Part shown: in pieces, positions 8,629-18,694 of the stretch
Layout of the letters: every line of letters starts with the position of its first letter
Position numbering within the stretch: the first letter of the stretch is position 1
From: an uncultured Verrucomicrobiales bacterium
Lineage (GTDB): Bacteria > Verrucomicrobiota > Verrucomicrobiia > Verrucomicrobiales > DEV007
DNA length: 64,000 nt
Direction: 5' to 3'
Assembly (NCBI GenBank): GCA_938091905.1
Contig: CALKOM010000053.1
Coordinates: 31,900 to 95,899, forward strand
Notes under the pieces: generated by a model
The model's input: only the letters and a program-made list of their open reading frames with translations
What the model was told of the DNA's origin: nothing
The model's database searches: none
Made by a program: the position numbers and the translations under genes

Positions 8629-10440
8629 ATGGGTGAGCCACTCCTCTGGCAGCAGATCTTCACGGTCTGTCTGGTAGTCGCTGTCTTTGTCGCCTTCGTT
8701 ACTGAGGTGCGGTCGGCAGATCTAGTTGCCATGACGGCCTTTGTCGGGCTGATTCTGACAGGGATTCTCTCGGAGTCTCATGTGGCTGCGGTCTTTGGGA
8801 CAGGGGCCCCGATCGTCATTGCCTGTATGTTCATTCTTAGTGCCGCGCTTGAGCGGACGGGAGTGATCGATTCGTTGGGCAAGTGGTTTGAGATGGCAGC
8901 TGGAAAGAGTGAATTAAGGATGTTGATAGTGTTGATGTTGCTCGTAGCTGGCTTGTCAGGATTTGTCAACAATACGCCTGTTGTTGTTGTCTTTCTGCCT
9001 GTCGTTCTGAGTTTATGTCGCAAGAGAGATTATAAGGCCTCACGCTTTCTTATTCCACTCTCCTATGCTGCGATTGCAGGAGGTACCATGACCATTATCG
9101 GCACCTCCACAAATATTCTCGCTTCAGGTATCGCCCATGAAATGGTTCCTCAAATGACGCCGATCGGCATGTTTGAGATTTTCAAGCTTGGCATCGTCTT
9201 CGTTGTGATCGTGATCGTTTACATGATGTTCGTAGGGCGCAAGCTCCTGCCTGACCGGACAACGCTATCTACTCTATTCGAAGCAGAGGAGGGTCGTGAA
9301 TTTCTAACGCAAGCACATATCGGGAAAGGCTCGCCGCTCATCGGGAAACAGTTCACGGAAACGCCGCTCGCTAAGATGCCTTCCGTTCGTGTGATCGAAG
9401 TCTTGCGGCTTGGGCGCACGGTGAGGTCGAAGCTCCCCATGGTGTGTTTTGAAGAAGGGGACCAGCTTTTGTTCAAGAGTCATGTCGCAGGGGTCATGGA
9501 TGTGAGCCAAACGCATGGCCTCGCCCTCGGGACTCAGGCAGAGCTCGGACTCGACTCTGTCCTCACTGAGTCTGCGATTCTGATGGAAGGTATCCTGGGG
9601 CCGAATTCCAACCTCATAGGGAAGAGCCTAAAGGAGCTGAACTTTCGCCAGCGATTCGGAGTGCTCATTCTTGCGGTCCATCGCAAAGGTGAGAACCTCC
9701 GCGAGCGCTTCGAAGAGGTGAAACTCGCCTTCGGAGACACGCTTCTTGTCGAAGGTCCGGTCGATAAAATGAACGCGTTATTCGCCGAGAAAGACTTTGT
9801 GAATCTCAGCCGACCTAAGCAACGAGGATTTCGCCGGTCGAAAGCTCCGTTGGCCATTGCAGCACTTCTCCTCTTTCTCCTTCTCGGTTCACTGTCGCCG
9901 ATCCCCATCGTTGGCGTGGCACTTGCTGCAGTCCTCTTGGTGCTGCTGACGGGGTGCCTGGAAGCTACCGATGCCTATCGAGCGGTAGAGTGGAAGGTGG
10001 TCTTCATGATCTTTGGGATGCTTGGGCTCGGTCTTGGGCTGCAGCAGACCCAAGTTGTCAGCCTTATCGCGAAGACCATGGTGGGCCAGCTGGAAAGTTT
10101 AGGGCCTTACGCGGTGCTGGCCATTGTCTATTTGGCAGCTGCGGTGCTGACAGAAATCATCAGTAACAACGCCGTGGCGGCGCTGCTGACGCCGGTGGCG
10201 ATTGGAATCGCCCAGGCGCTTGGGCTAGATCCGCGGCCCTTCGTCATCGCGGTCATGTTCGGCTCTAGCGCCAGTTTCGCGACCCCGATTGGTTATCAAA
10301 CGAACACCTATGTCTATGGAGCAGCGGGGTATCGATTTGGAGACTTCGGACGTGTTGGAATTCCGCTGACCGTAGTTTTATGGATCGTGGCCATTGTCCT
10401 GATACCTGTATACTGGCCTTTTGTATCTATGGAAATTTGA
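8629..10440 (+). CDS. SLC13/DASS-type permease with two TrkA-C domains
   Basis: SGFVNNTPVV, GGTMTIIGTSTN, TEIISNNA and FATPIGYQTN motifs; two internal RCK_C-like repeats. Confidence 0.92.
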   Translation: MGEPLLWQQIFTVCLVVAVFVAFVTEVRSADLVAMTAFVGLILTGILSESHVAAVFGTGAPIVIACMFILSAALERTGVIDSLGKWFEMAAGKSELRMLIVLMLLVAGLSGFVNNTPVVVVFLPVVLSLCRKRDYKASRFLIPLSYAAIAGGTMTIIGTSTNILASGIAHEMVPQMTPIGMFEIFKLGIVFVVIVIVYMMFVGRKLLPDRTTLSTLFEAEEGREFLTQAHIGKGSPLIGKQFTETPLAKMPSVRVIEVLRLGRTVRSKLPMVCFEEGDQLLFKSHVAGVMDVSQTHGLALGTQAELGLDSVLTESAILMEGILGPNSNLIGKSLKELNFRQRFGVLILAVHRKGENLRERFEEVKLAFGDTLLVEGPVDKMNALFAEKDFVNLSRPKQRGFRRSKAPLAIAALLLFLLLGSLSPIPIVGVALAAVLLVLLTGCLEATDAYRAVEWKVVFMIFGMLGLGLGLQQTQVVSLIAKTMVGQLESLGPYAVLAIVYLAAAVLTEIISNNAVAALLTPVAIGIAQALGLDPRPFVIAVMFGSSASFATPIGYQTNTYVYGAAGYRFGDFGRVGIPLTVVLWIVAIVLIPVYWPFVSMEI

Positions 10441-10562
10441 GGATTGTAAATCATTTCTGCTTGATGGATCCGGCCTTTGCCCCTACTAATCCGCGCCGAT
10501 CCTCGTGGGACATGGAGTTATCCAACGAGTGATCTCAACCCCAATCCAAGCTGTCCTCAAAG

Positions 10563-11690
10563 ATGCCTAAGGTCACCCCCAAGAAGAAAGCCAAGACATC
10601 TCCATCCCGGAAAGCGCCCGAGAAGAAGGCAGCTGCGCCTAAGAAGAAGGCAGTTGCGCCCAAAAAGAAGGCAGTTGCGCCCAAGAAGAAGGCAGTTGCG
10701 CCGAATAAAAAGGCAGCTGCGCCGAAGAAGAAGGCAGCTGCGCCGAAGAAGAAGGCAGCAGCACCGAAGAAGAAGGCGGCAGCACCGAAGAAGAAGGCGG
10801 CAGCACCGAAGAAAAAGGCAGCAGCACCGAAGAAGAAGGCAGTTGCGCCGAAGAAGAAGGCAGTTGCGCCGAAGAAGAAGGCAGTTGCGCCGAAGAAGAA
10901 GGCAGCAGCACCGAAGAAGAAGGCAGTTGCGCCGAAGAAGAAGGCAGATGCGCCGAAGAAGAAGGCAGTTGCGCCGAAGAAGAAGGCAGGTGCGCCGAAG
11001 AAGAAGGCAGTTGCGCCGAAGAAGAAGGCTGGTGCGCCGAAGAAGAAGGCAGCTGCGCCGAAGAAAAAGGCAGCTGCGCCGAAGAAAAAGGCTGACACCC
11101 CTGCAAAGAAAGCATCCGCACCAAAGATGACGGTGGTTGAGGTCGCTGCCAAAGCGGCGCCCCAGAAGAAGGCTGTTGCGAAAAAGAAGGCGGTTGCGAA
11201 GAAAAAGGTAGTGGCAATTGATCCATTGTTGACGGAGCCGGAGCGTCCAATCATTCCGAGTAAGCCTGCCTTTCCAAAACCTTTTCTAGAAAGACAACGA
11301 CGTAATCTGATTTCACTGCGTGAGGAACTGGTCAACACCATGGCTGGTGTGGCCAGAGGCAGTGTGGGCGAGCACGCTGATGGTGCGGAGGCTTCTGCCT
11401 TCGGTATGCACCAAGCTGATGCAGGAAGCGACGCCTATGATCGTGATTTGGCGCTCAACCTTCTGTCTCAGGAGAACAATGCGCTTCATGAAATTGAGGA
11501 CGCCTTGGAGCGAATTCGTATCGGCTCGTACGGCTACTGTGAGGTCTCAGGCCAGATCATCATGAAAGAGCGTCTGGAAGCAATTCCGTTCGCTAGACTC
11601 ACCGTTGAGTGCCAGTCCCAAATCGAAAAGCAGAATCGCTTGCGAGGCCGAACGGCTCCGGGCCCGATCTTCAAGCACTCCCAACTCTAA
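10563..11690 (+). CDS. DksA/TraR family transcription factor with long histone-H1-like N-terminal repeat
   Basis: C-terminal HQADAGSDAYDR...EIEDALERIRIGSYGYCEVSGQII..ERLEAIPFARLTVECQ; N-terminal PKKKAxA array. Confidence 0.88.
   Translation: MPKVTPKKKAKTSPSRKAPEKKAAAPKKKAVAPKKKAVAPKKKAVAPNKKAAAPKKKAAAPKKKAAAPKKKAAAPKKKAAAPKKKAAAPKKKAVAPKKKAVAPKKKAVAPKKKAAAPKKKAVAPKKKADAPKKKAVAPKKKAGAPKKKAVAPKKKAGAPKKKAAAPKKKAAAPKKKADTPAKKASAPKMTVVEVAAKAAPQKKAVAKKKAVAKKKVVAIDPLLTEPERPIIPSKPAFPKPFLERQRRNLISLREELVNTMAGVARGSVGEHADGAEASAFGMHQADAGSDAYDRDLALNLLSQENNALHEIEDALERIRIGSYGYCEVSGQIIMKERLEAIPFARLTVECQSQIEKQNRLRGRTAPGPIFKHSQL
10617..11120 (+). repeat. Coding tandem repeat, 24 x 21 bp (PKKKA[A/V]A)
   Basis: Consensus CCGAAGAAGAAGGCAG(C/T)TGCG; 504 bp = 24 units counted from the translation. 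Confidence 0.97.
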
Positions 11691-11703
11691 ACGAGAGGCC
11701 AAC

Positions 11704-13509
11704 TCAAGGCTCGATCATCTCAAGTAATTCTTCCTCGATCGGCAAGGTCTTGAAGCTCTCTTTTATATTGGGTTTCGTTTCGAGGAAAGTCTTGTCGATA
11801 GAGGACATGATCGCGCCGACTCCAAGTAGCCATTGTGCTGGGCTCACGGTGCCAAGGGAGGCTTGTCGGTAGCCATCTTCGGTAGGGGTCCACACCGCTA
11901 AGGTTGGCAGGATGCCGGCCTCGCTCGATGAGGCTTGTTGCCACGGTTTGAGATCGAACTGTGGTGTTGTCTGACCTCGTTGGCCTAACCAAAGCGTTGC
12001 GGCGACCAGTGGGTGCCTAAGGGCTTCGGAGCTTCTTCGAATGATGTTCTGTGAGTCAATGAAGAGGAGTCCGGCAGACGGCGATGGAAGTCTACCTGAA
12101 AGACGTTGAAAGTCTTGGCGTTTGTTAAGGTGGGTGCCATTGAGTCGTTGCTGGTTCACTTGGATGATTCCATCTATTTGATCGCTGACTAAAAGCATGC
12201 CAGATGAGACGGAGAGGTGAATATCATCTAATAGATTCACGAGAGCTGAAGGTAGAAGAGCTGGGTCTAGCGTGTAGGTCTGAGTATCTGATTCATGGAT
12301 CCCAGATCCAGATGTCAGTGATAGGATGTTTAGGGCTTGTCGAGTGGCTTCAGCGTTTCTGAGTGGAAAGGCTAGGACCGCGGCCATAGATCCGTTCGGA
12401 GAAGGCTGGTGGGCAGTGGGATTCTTTAAGGGTTCCAGCATGATTGCCCATGAACCTTCGAAGCCACTCTCCCATTTTTCAGCAATTGGATGGAGATCCG
12501 GGAGATTCTCTGCCATCCAGCGGTTCTGGAACTGGCGAAACAAGAAGTTCGTAAAACGATGCCCGCCCATCGGGGCAGCGGCATAGATCAGGGTATGAGT
12601 CGAGGTGAGAGCTAGAGCCTGATCCTGAAGGGCGTCTTTGTCAGCTCTTGTCAATTTCAATGTCGGTGGGTGAGAGGGGAGAATGCTAAAGTCCTCACGT
12701 AGAAGGCCGCTCTCGTTAGTATAGGTGATCGCGATGGCGCGGGATTGAAGCTTATGAAATTTACTGAAGAGTGTGAAAGAGGCAGTTTCGGTTGCGCTGG
12801 CTGGTTGCGGACGTAGATAAGCGAGTGCTTGGTAGCTGTTTGGCAGTGAAATGAGGGCTTGCTCAAACCTCGACTCGGTAGAGAGTGATTTGATAGGTAT
12901 TTGTGTTTGAAGCCGTGTTAGGGATTTTTCTAGGAGATCGCGATTAGTGGCGATGAAATGCCAAGGGGGCTCGTGAGTTACGATGATTTCGGCGTCGCTT
13001 CTTTGAAAATGATGATAGCGTCTGCCTTTCAGGAGCTCAGAGAAAATGTCTGTTGATGAGGATCTGCCGGGAGACCAAGTTTTTCCGATAAGTGTCCGAA
13101 CGCGGCTATCAGGAGCATTTGTATGAAAAAAGGTGAGCTTGCCAGATGTAATGGTCGTCGCGGTGAAATCCTGCACATTCATCGACTGCCACTCATTCAG
13201 ATGTGGAAAGGTGTCTCTGATAGATAGAGTGGTCCGCGTCGGTGCGAGATGATTGATTGCTGCTGCCAGGGTATGATCGAATCCGAATTCAGTAAAGTAA
13301 GAGGAATTATAGGAGAGTGCGGCGTTGTTTATATCGGGAATATGAATGAATGTGAGGGCTTCTTCATCGACCAGCTGTGCGACTTCCGCAACCCGTCGCC
13401 AAGCGCCTGCCTCGGCTGCGGTCTCATTGAGCCAAACCAAAAGTCCAACAAGCAGTGCAAGAAGCAGCACTGTGAGGATGAGGTAGCGGAAGCGAGAGAC
13501 GACGTTCAT
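11704..13509 (-). CDS. Hypothetical membrane-anchored or exported protein
   Basis: 601-aa ORF with strongly hydrophobic N-terminus, 39 bp downstream of lpxD; no motif recognised with confidence. Confidence 0.7.
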   Translation of the reverse strand: MNVVSRFRYLILTVLLLALLVGLLVWLNETAAEAGAWRRVAEVAQLVDEEALTFIHIPDINNAALSYNSSYFTEFGFDHTLAAAINHLAPTRTTLSIRDTFPHLNEWQSMNVQDFTATTITSGKLTFFHTNAPDSRVRTLIGKTWSPGRSSSTDIFSELLKGRRYHHFQRSDAEIIVTHEPPWHFIATNRDLLEKSLTRLQTQIPIKSLSTESRFEQALISLPNSYQALAYLRPQPASATETASFTLFSKFHKLQSRAIAITYTNESGLLREDFSILPSHPPTLKLTRADKDALQDQALALTSTHTLIYAAAPMGGHRFTNFLFRQFQNRWMAENLPDLHPIAEKWESGFEGSWAIMLEPLKNPTAHQPSPNGSMAAVLAFPLRNAEATRQALNILSLTSGSGIHESDTQTYTLDPALLPSALVNLLDDIHLSVSSGMLLVSDQIDGIIQVNQQRLNGTHLNKRQDFQRLSGRLPSPSAGLLFIDSQNIIRRSSEALRHPLVAATLWLGQRGQTTPQFDLKPWQQASSSEAGILPTLAVWTPTEDGYRQASLGTVSPAQWLLGVGAIMSSIDKTFLETKPNIKESFKTLPIEEELLEMIEP

Positions 13510-13548
13510 TGGAGAATGAAGCAGGAAAGCTCCCTAGGGTCCTCTGCT

Positions 13549-14571
13549 CTAGCCTTTCTCCAAGCTCGAAATTCGGTCCTGCATCTTCTCCAAACGCCTT
13601 TGCATCACCGTGATCTTGCGGTGCTTCTCGGCCGGCATGGCAGGGTATCCGGCATAGATCTGGCCTCCCGGCAGGCTCTTCGTCACCCCTGAACGCGCGG
13701 CCAAGGTAGACTTGCTGCCGATTTCGAGGTGCCCGGCGACACCAGACTGAGCGGCGATGACGACGTGGTCGCCAATGATCGCGCTTCCCGCGATCCCGGT
13801 GAGCGCGACGACGATACAGTGTTTTCCGATGCGGGCATTGTGCCCAATCTGGACAAGGTTATCGATCTTGGTGCCCTCTTGAATCCAAGTCTTGCCGAAC
13901 CTAGCTCGATCAATGGTTGCGTTCGCGCCGACTTCGACATCGTCATCGATTTGAACGATTCCCCGTTGCTCAATCTTCTGGTGTCTGCCGTCGACCATCT
14001 CAAACCCGAACCCATCGGACCCAATGACAGCGCCTGGCTGAACAATGATTCGATGACCCAGTAGGCAATGTTCCCTAATGGATGCATTGGCTAGAATTTG
14101 GCAAGAGTCGCCAAGGCTGACTCCGCGATCCAGGCTCACGCCCTGGCCGATGTAACTCCCAGCGCCGACGCAAACACCTTCTGCAATGACTGCGCCGGCA
14201 TCAACACAGACCGTGGAGGTATCGACTTGTGCGGTGGGATGAACCTGGGCACTTGGATGGATGCCTGCTTCGAACTTGTGTAAGGGCCGCGAGAGCTGAT
14301 CTACGGCGATGGCAAACGCCACAGACGGATTCTCCACGATAAGCCTGGCGCTTGCCATTGGTTCATCGAAGTCGTGAGGCACAAAGACCGCAGCAGCCTT
14401 GGTATTGCGCACTTTTGGCAAGTAGGCCGCATTCCCATAGAAGCTCACATCAGTTTCGGTAGCAGACATCAGGTCTGCGAATCCTTCGATGGTTTCGGGC
14501 AGCGGCACCGTTCCTGGTAGGAGCTTGGCTTCTGTGAGCTCTGCGAGTTCTTGCAGTGTGGTGGTATGCAT
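13549..14571 (-). CDS. lpxD: UDP-3-O-(3-hydroxyacyl)glucosamine N-acyltransferase
   Basis: Hexapeptide repeats, [31 protein letters not shown]; bamA-skp-lpxD synteny. Confidence 0.96.
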   Translation of the reverse strand: MHTTTLQELAELTEAKLLPGTVPLPETIEGFADLMSATETDVSFYGNAAYLPKVRNTKAAAVFVPHDFDEPMASARLIVENPSVAFAIAVDQLSRPLHKFEAGIHPSAQVHPTAQVDTSTVCVDAGAVIAEGVCVGAGSYIGQGVSLDRGVSLGDSCQILANASIREHCLLGHRIIVQPGAVIGSDGFGFEMVDGRHQKIEQRGIVQIDDDVEVGANATIDRARFGKTWIQEGTKIDNLVQIGHNARIGKHCIVVALTGIAGSAIIGDHVVIAAQSGVAGHLEIGSKSTLAARSGVTKSLPGGQIYAGYPAMPAEKHRKITVMQRRLEKMQDRISSLEKG

Positions 14572-14659
14572 AGAAGGGAGGTGTGCTCGGAGTGTCAGGC
14601 CAACGTCCTTCTCCGCAAGTCAATGCTGCATCCGTCGATGATCATCGTCCCGAGGAAAC

Positions 14660-14690
14660 AAAAAAGGCGAGCCCCGAGAGGCTCGCCTTT
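14660..14690 (-). terminator. Intrinsic terminator after skp
   Basis: AAAGGCGAGCC / CCGAGA / GGCTCGCCTTT with a T-run on the minus strand. Confidence 0.75.
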
Positions 14691-14720
14691 CTTTGATGAA
14701 AAAACTGATTGGCGCGGGAG

Positions 14721-15314
14721 TTACTTGCCCGCCTCGATGCCTTTGCCTTGGGCATTGAGGCGATTGATAATGTCCTCGCTAAAGTCTACCGCGTCGCGGG
14801 AGTGGAGGAGGAACGGCACGCCATTGAGACTCACGCCGGACTTATCAAAGACGAGGTCGAAGTTCGCGGTCTTGGACATCTCCTCGACCAACTCGCGGAT
14901 CTCTTCGAGAATCGTTTTACGCATCCGAACGACTTGCTCCTGAAGTTGACGTTCGCGGCGTGTGCGGAATTCTTGGATTTGGCGTTCCAGGCTCTTTGCC
15001 TGCTGGCCGATGCTGGTGCCTTCTTCCCGCTTTTGCTCGCGCAATTGTGGGCTTAGAGCCTCGTCTTGAACGGCCTCTTGAAGTGTTTGGAACTTTTCAA
15101 GGAGGTCCTTGTATTTGGCCGTGCGCTCATCTAAGTCCTTCTTGGCCTGAGCTTTGCGATCGTTGATCTCTTTCTCGGCTTCTTTAGTGCGACCGTATTC
15201 AGCGAAGATACGCTTCATGTCGACAACTCCGATCTTCACCCCTTGAGCAGAAGCGCCCGTGAGCATTAGAAGGGTGAGTCCTAGGGAGAGTAGAGTCCGG
15301 GAAATTAGTTTCAT
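14721..15314 (-). CDS. skp: OmpH/Skp periplasmic chaperone
   Basis: Signal peptide, KIGVVDM, long coiled coil, FDLVFDKS, VDFSEDII; between bamA and lpxD. Confidence 0.93.
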   Translation of the reverse strand: MKLISRTLLSLGLTLLMLTGASAQGVKIGVVDMKRIFAEYGRTKEAEKEINDRKAQAKKDLDERTAKYKDLLEKFQTLQEAVQDEALSPQLREQKREEGTSIGQQAKSLERQIQEFRTRRERQLQEQVVRMRKTILEEIRELVEEMSKTANFDLVFDKSGVSLNGVPFLLHSRDAVDFSEDIINRLNAQGKGIEAGK

Positions 15315-15420
15315 TGGTTAAAAATAGCAGTTTCGACTGTCTTGGATGGCAACCGTCAAGCAATGTTCATTATTTGCAAGTGAAACGGAGTGCCTATGAT
15401 AAATCCAAATATTCTAAACG

Positions 15421-17820
15421 TTAGTAGTTGAAGTCGAGCCTGAAGTTGAATTTGCCACCAGAGCCTTGGTGATCGCTCCGTTTGATTGGGAAGGCATAGT
15501 CGAGACGAATGGGTCCGAATCCAGGAACAATCAGGCGGACGCCCATGCCGACATCGGCGTTTAATTCGCTCGTGCTGAGGTCGTAGGAGTCAGCATTTAC
15601 GAAGCCTGCATCTACGAAGGCGTGTAATCTGAGTCGGTCAGCGACTGGGACGCTGTATTCCACAGTTGTGTAGGCAGAGGTTCCACCACCCAGCGGCTCG
15701 TTCTCGTTGTCCACCGGGCCGACATCACGGTAATCAAAGCCGCGCAGGTTGTAAGCACCGCCTAGGAAATGGCGATTGAAAATGGGGACTCGATCACCAT
15801 CGGACCAGGTATCGGCGATGTTTGCCTCGGCGTGGAAAGTCAGGATGTGGTCGAACGGGAGGGATGCGTGCTGGGTAAACGCACCAGACAGGTTGTAGGT
15901 GTCCACATCACCGCCGAGGAAGCCACCAGAGAAGCTGGTGGAGAGGCTTAGCTTGTGACCTGTGCGAGGGAGAGAGTTGCTGTCACGTGTGTCTTGAAGG
16001 AGCTCGAGGGTCATCTTGCTCTCGAAGTAGGTGCCTTCCTCCGCCGCAATCTCGGGAGACGTACCCGGGATCAAGGTCTCACGGATGCCGTCGCCATCGA
16101 GATCGACGAGTTCATCATCGTCGAGATCGAAGATCCGGTATTCTTGAGCACGGTATTCAAGTTGTAGGCGCGTGTTGTCACCGATCGGATGGCGCAACCA
16201 AAGGGCACCGCCTGCAACGCGTTGGGTATATTCGCTACTGAGATAAAGCTGCTCTCTCCAGAAGACTTCACCACCAAGTGCCAGACGTTTGCCAAGAAAC
16301 CAAGGTTCTGTGAAGCCCATGAGAAAGTCCTTCGTGCGCGTTCCATAGCGGAGATTGAAGTTAAACTTCTGGCCGTCACCGCGAGGCGGGAAGTTGTTCC
16401 AGTTCCCGATGTCGAAGTTGGCCTCCGAGAAAGAGACGTAACCGAAGACATTCTCGACGGAAGTGAACGCACCGCCGACTTGGAAGGAGCCTGTCTTGCC
16501 TTCAGCTACTTGGATGTTGATGTCTTTGTAACCAGGCTGACCGGTATCTTCAGGCGTGATGTCGATGGAGCCTGGCTCGAAGAACTGCATGTTCTCCAGG
16601 ATTTGACGGCTCTTTCGAAGCTTAACCGTGTCGAACACCTCGCCTGGTTGGACTAAGAGTTCACGGCGGATGACCTCGTCCTTTGTCCACTCCATGCCGC
16701 CGATGTTGATCTTGCGGATATAACTAAGCTGACCCTCTCGAACGGCGTGGTTAACTCGCACTTGATTTGATCCTAGCGTATCAATACGGGTGGTGACACG
16801 AGCATCCGCATAGCCCTGTCGACCATAGTAATCTTCCAAAGCTTGAGCGTCAGCGTCAATGGCCTTGGCGCTGTATTGCTGGCCAGGGGCGAGTTTGAGG
16901 GCTCCTGCAAGTTCAGCATTCGAGAATTTTGAGTTCTGGCCGATCCGAATGTCAGAGATGGTGTAGAGAGGGCCTTCGTAAACATAGAGGATGAGATCGA
17001 TGTAGTCACTTCCAGGGTCCACTCGGCGTAGCTCTTGGCGAGTTACTTGAGCATCCATGTAGCCACGATTACGAAACTCGTTGACTACTTGCGACTTGTC
17101 GTTCTCTAACATGAGGTTGTCTACCTTGTCCTTGTCGGTGATCCAACTCCAAATACCGCGTTGTTTCGTCGCCATGACCTTGCGCAATTCTTTGGAGGGA
17201 ATGGCAGTGTTGCCTTGGAAGAAGATCTTGCGGAGCTTGTTAGACTGACCCTCGACGATGCCGTAGATCACTTGAGTAAAACCCGTCTCTCGGTCAACGG
17301 CAGTGCGGTAGGTTACGGAAACATCACTAAAGCCTTTCTCGCGATACAGCTCCTCGATATTGAATTTGCCTTCTAATAATTTCTCCTCGTCGAGGGGTTG
17401 GCCGAGTTCGGCGTTCACTTGGTCTGCGAGCTCTTTGTTGTCGAAGCGAGTTTGTCCTTCAAACGTGATCGAGCCTAATGTGCCCGTGGCCATCACGGTG
17501 ACGGTGAGGTCGACGGCGTTGCCTTTCACTTCGGGATCGATGTCCACAAACTCGACAATGCGGCGCTCACGTAAATTGATGATGTCCTCTTGCTGATCCT
17601 CTGAGCTGAAAGGGAGGCCTTCGCGGAGTTTCATGTTGGCCAAGATCCGATTCCGATCCACCACTGCGGCACCGAGGTATTGCACATCGATGGAGCGAAT
17701 GATCTTCCCCTCGGGGGTGTCGGCTGCAGGGAGCAACTGGGCATTAGCCTGATTGGAGAATACGACCGCTAGCAAGCAGGCAAGTGAGAGTTGGAAGAGA
17801 GCAGTGACAGCGCGATTCAT
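15421..17820 (-). CDS. bamA: Outer membrane protein assembly factor BamA
   Basis: POTRA repeats, TKDEVIRRE, FTEPWF, LGGAYNLRGF, GPIRLDYAFP, aromatic C-terminus. Confidence 0.96.
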   Translation of the reverse strand: MNRAVTALFQLSLACLLAVVFSNQANAQLLPAADTPEGKIIRSIDVQYLGAAVVDRNRILANMKLREGLPFSSEDQQEDIINLRERRIVEFVDIDPEVKGNAVDLTVTVMATGTLGSITFEGQTRFDNKELADQVNAELGQPLDEEKLLEGKFNIEELYREKGFSDVSVTYRTAVDRETGFTQVIYGIVEGQSNKLRKIFFQGNTAIPSKELRKVMATKQRGIWSWITDKDKVDNLMLENDKSQVVNEFRNRGYMDAQVTRQELRRVDPGSDYIDLILYVYEGPLYTISDIRIGQNSKFSNAELAGALKLAPGQQYSAKAIDADAQALEDYYGRQGYADARVTTRIDTLGSNQVRVNHAVREGQLSYIRKINIGGMEWTKDEVIRRELLVQPGEVFDTVKLRKSRQILENMQFFEPGSIDITPEDTGQPGYKDINIQVAEGKTGSFQVGGAFTSVENVFGYVSFSEANFDIGNWNNFPPRGDGQKFNFNLRYGTRTKDFLMGFTEPWFLGKRLALGGEVFWREQLYLSSEYTQRVAGGALWLRHPIGDNTRLQLEYRAQEYRIFDLDDDELVDLDGDGIRETLIPGTSPEIAAEEGTYFESKMTLELLQDTRDSNSLPRTGHKLSLSTSFSGGFLGGDVDTYNLSGAFTQHASLPFDHILTFHAEANIADTWSDGDRVPIFNRHFLGGAYNLRGFDYRDVGPVDNENEPLGGGTSAYTTVEYSVPVADRLRLHAFVDAGFVNADSYDLSTSELNADVGMGVRLIVPGFGPIRLDYAFPIKRSDHQGSGGKFNFRLDFNY

Positions 17821-18000
17821 GAGGAAATGAGCTTCGTTTTAAAGTATCTGTAGGGCGAACGGGAACCGGAGGGCGAGAGTTTTGAAGCGAATTATTCTAA
17901 AAATAATAAGTATTTATTAAAACTCTTCAACTTGGAACTACCGCATCCGGGTAGGCGAAGGCATAGCTGGCCCTCGGACAAATCTCAAGGACGAAAGGCG

Positions 18001-18438
18001 CTAGCGATGGTAGGGTTCCCCTCTGAGGACGGTGTGTAAGCGGTAGATCTGTTCCAGAAGCACGACGAGAGCGAGTTCGTGCTGAAGGGTAAAGCCGCTG
18101 AGACCAAGAAGGAGATCTGCCTGCTGGCGAATCTCATCATCGTGGCCATCAGCGCCGCCAATGAATAATCGGATGCTTTTGACCGCGTTCAGTTGCCAAT
18201 GTTCAACCTTGGCGACAAATTCGTCGGTGGTGAGAAGTTTGCCTCGTTCATCCAGTATGATGTTGATGCCCCCCTCACGTTGACTCTTGATCAGGCTCGC
18301 AATTTCTGCGCGATCACCGCGTTTCATCAGTCGGTGATCGCAAGCTGTGTAGCGTTTCAGGCGTTTTAGATACTCGGCGCTGCCTGTCTTTGCATAGGCT
18401 AATGCGGGTTTGCCTACAGTATAGATACACCATTTCAT
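18001..18438 (-). CDS. rlmH: 23S rRNA m3Psi1915 methyltransferase
   Basis: LDERGK, FIGGADG, TLQHELALVVLLEQIYR, GEPYHR. Confidence 0.96.
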   Translation of the reverse strand: MKWCIYTVGKPALAYAKTGSAEYLKRLKRYTACDHRLMKRGDRAEIASLIKSQREGGINIILDERGKLLTTDEFVAKVEHWQLNAVKSIRLFIGGADGHDDEIRQQADLLLGLSGFTLQHELALVVLLEQIYRLHTVLRGEPYHR

Positions 18439-18694
18439 CGCGGCGGGAGCTTCTCATGGTGGCCGTCCGGCTGCCAGTAGAGATTGCCCGCTATGGCAAA
18501 GTTTGGTTTGCCCATGAGGATTGCTCTAACCGATCAATCTGGGATTATTCGAGCCAGGCTCTGAAATCAAGGTCTTCGCGAACCTCATACCAGTGAAGCG
18601 TTGTTGAAAGCCGTGGGTGCTCCATAGAATTGCGTGACGTGGCCTTCGCGAGGCGTTTCTTGACCAACCTCCTCTAGATGGGAAAGCTACCTGT

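Noticed and set aside
10617..11120. Regular repeat array as a possible CRISPR
   Set aside because: The units are contiguous 21-mers with no unique spacers, in frame within a CDS; no cas genes in the window.
10477..11341. Long alternative-frame ORFs (poly-Arg on +; AFFFGA and SSSAQLP on -)
   Set aside because: Stop-free shadows of the tandem repeat; only the 10563 frame continues into a recognisable domain.
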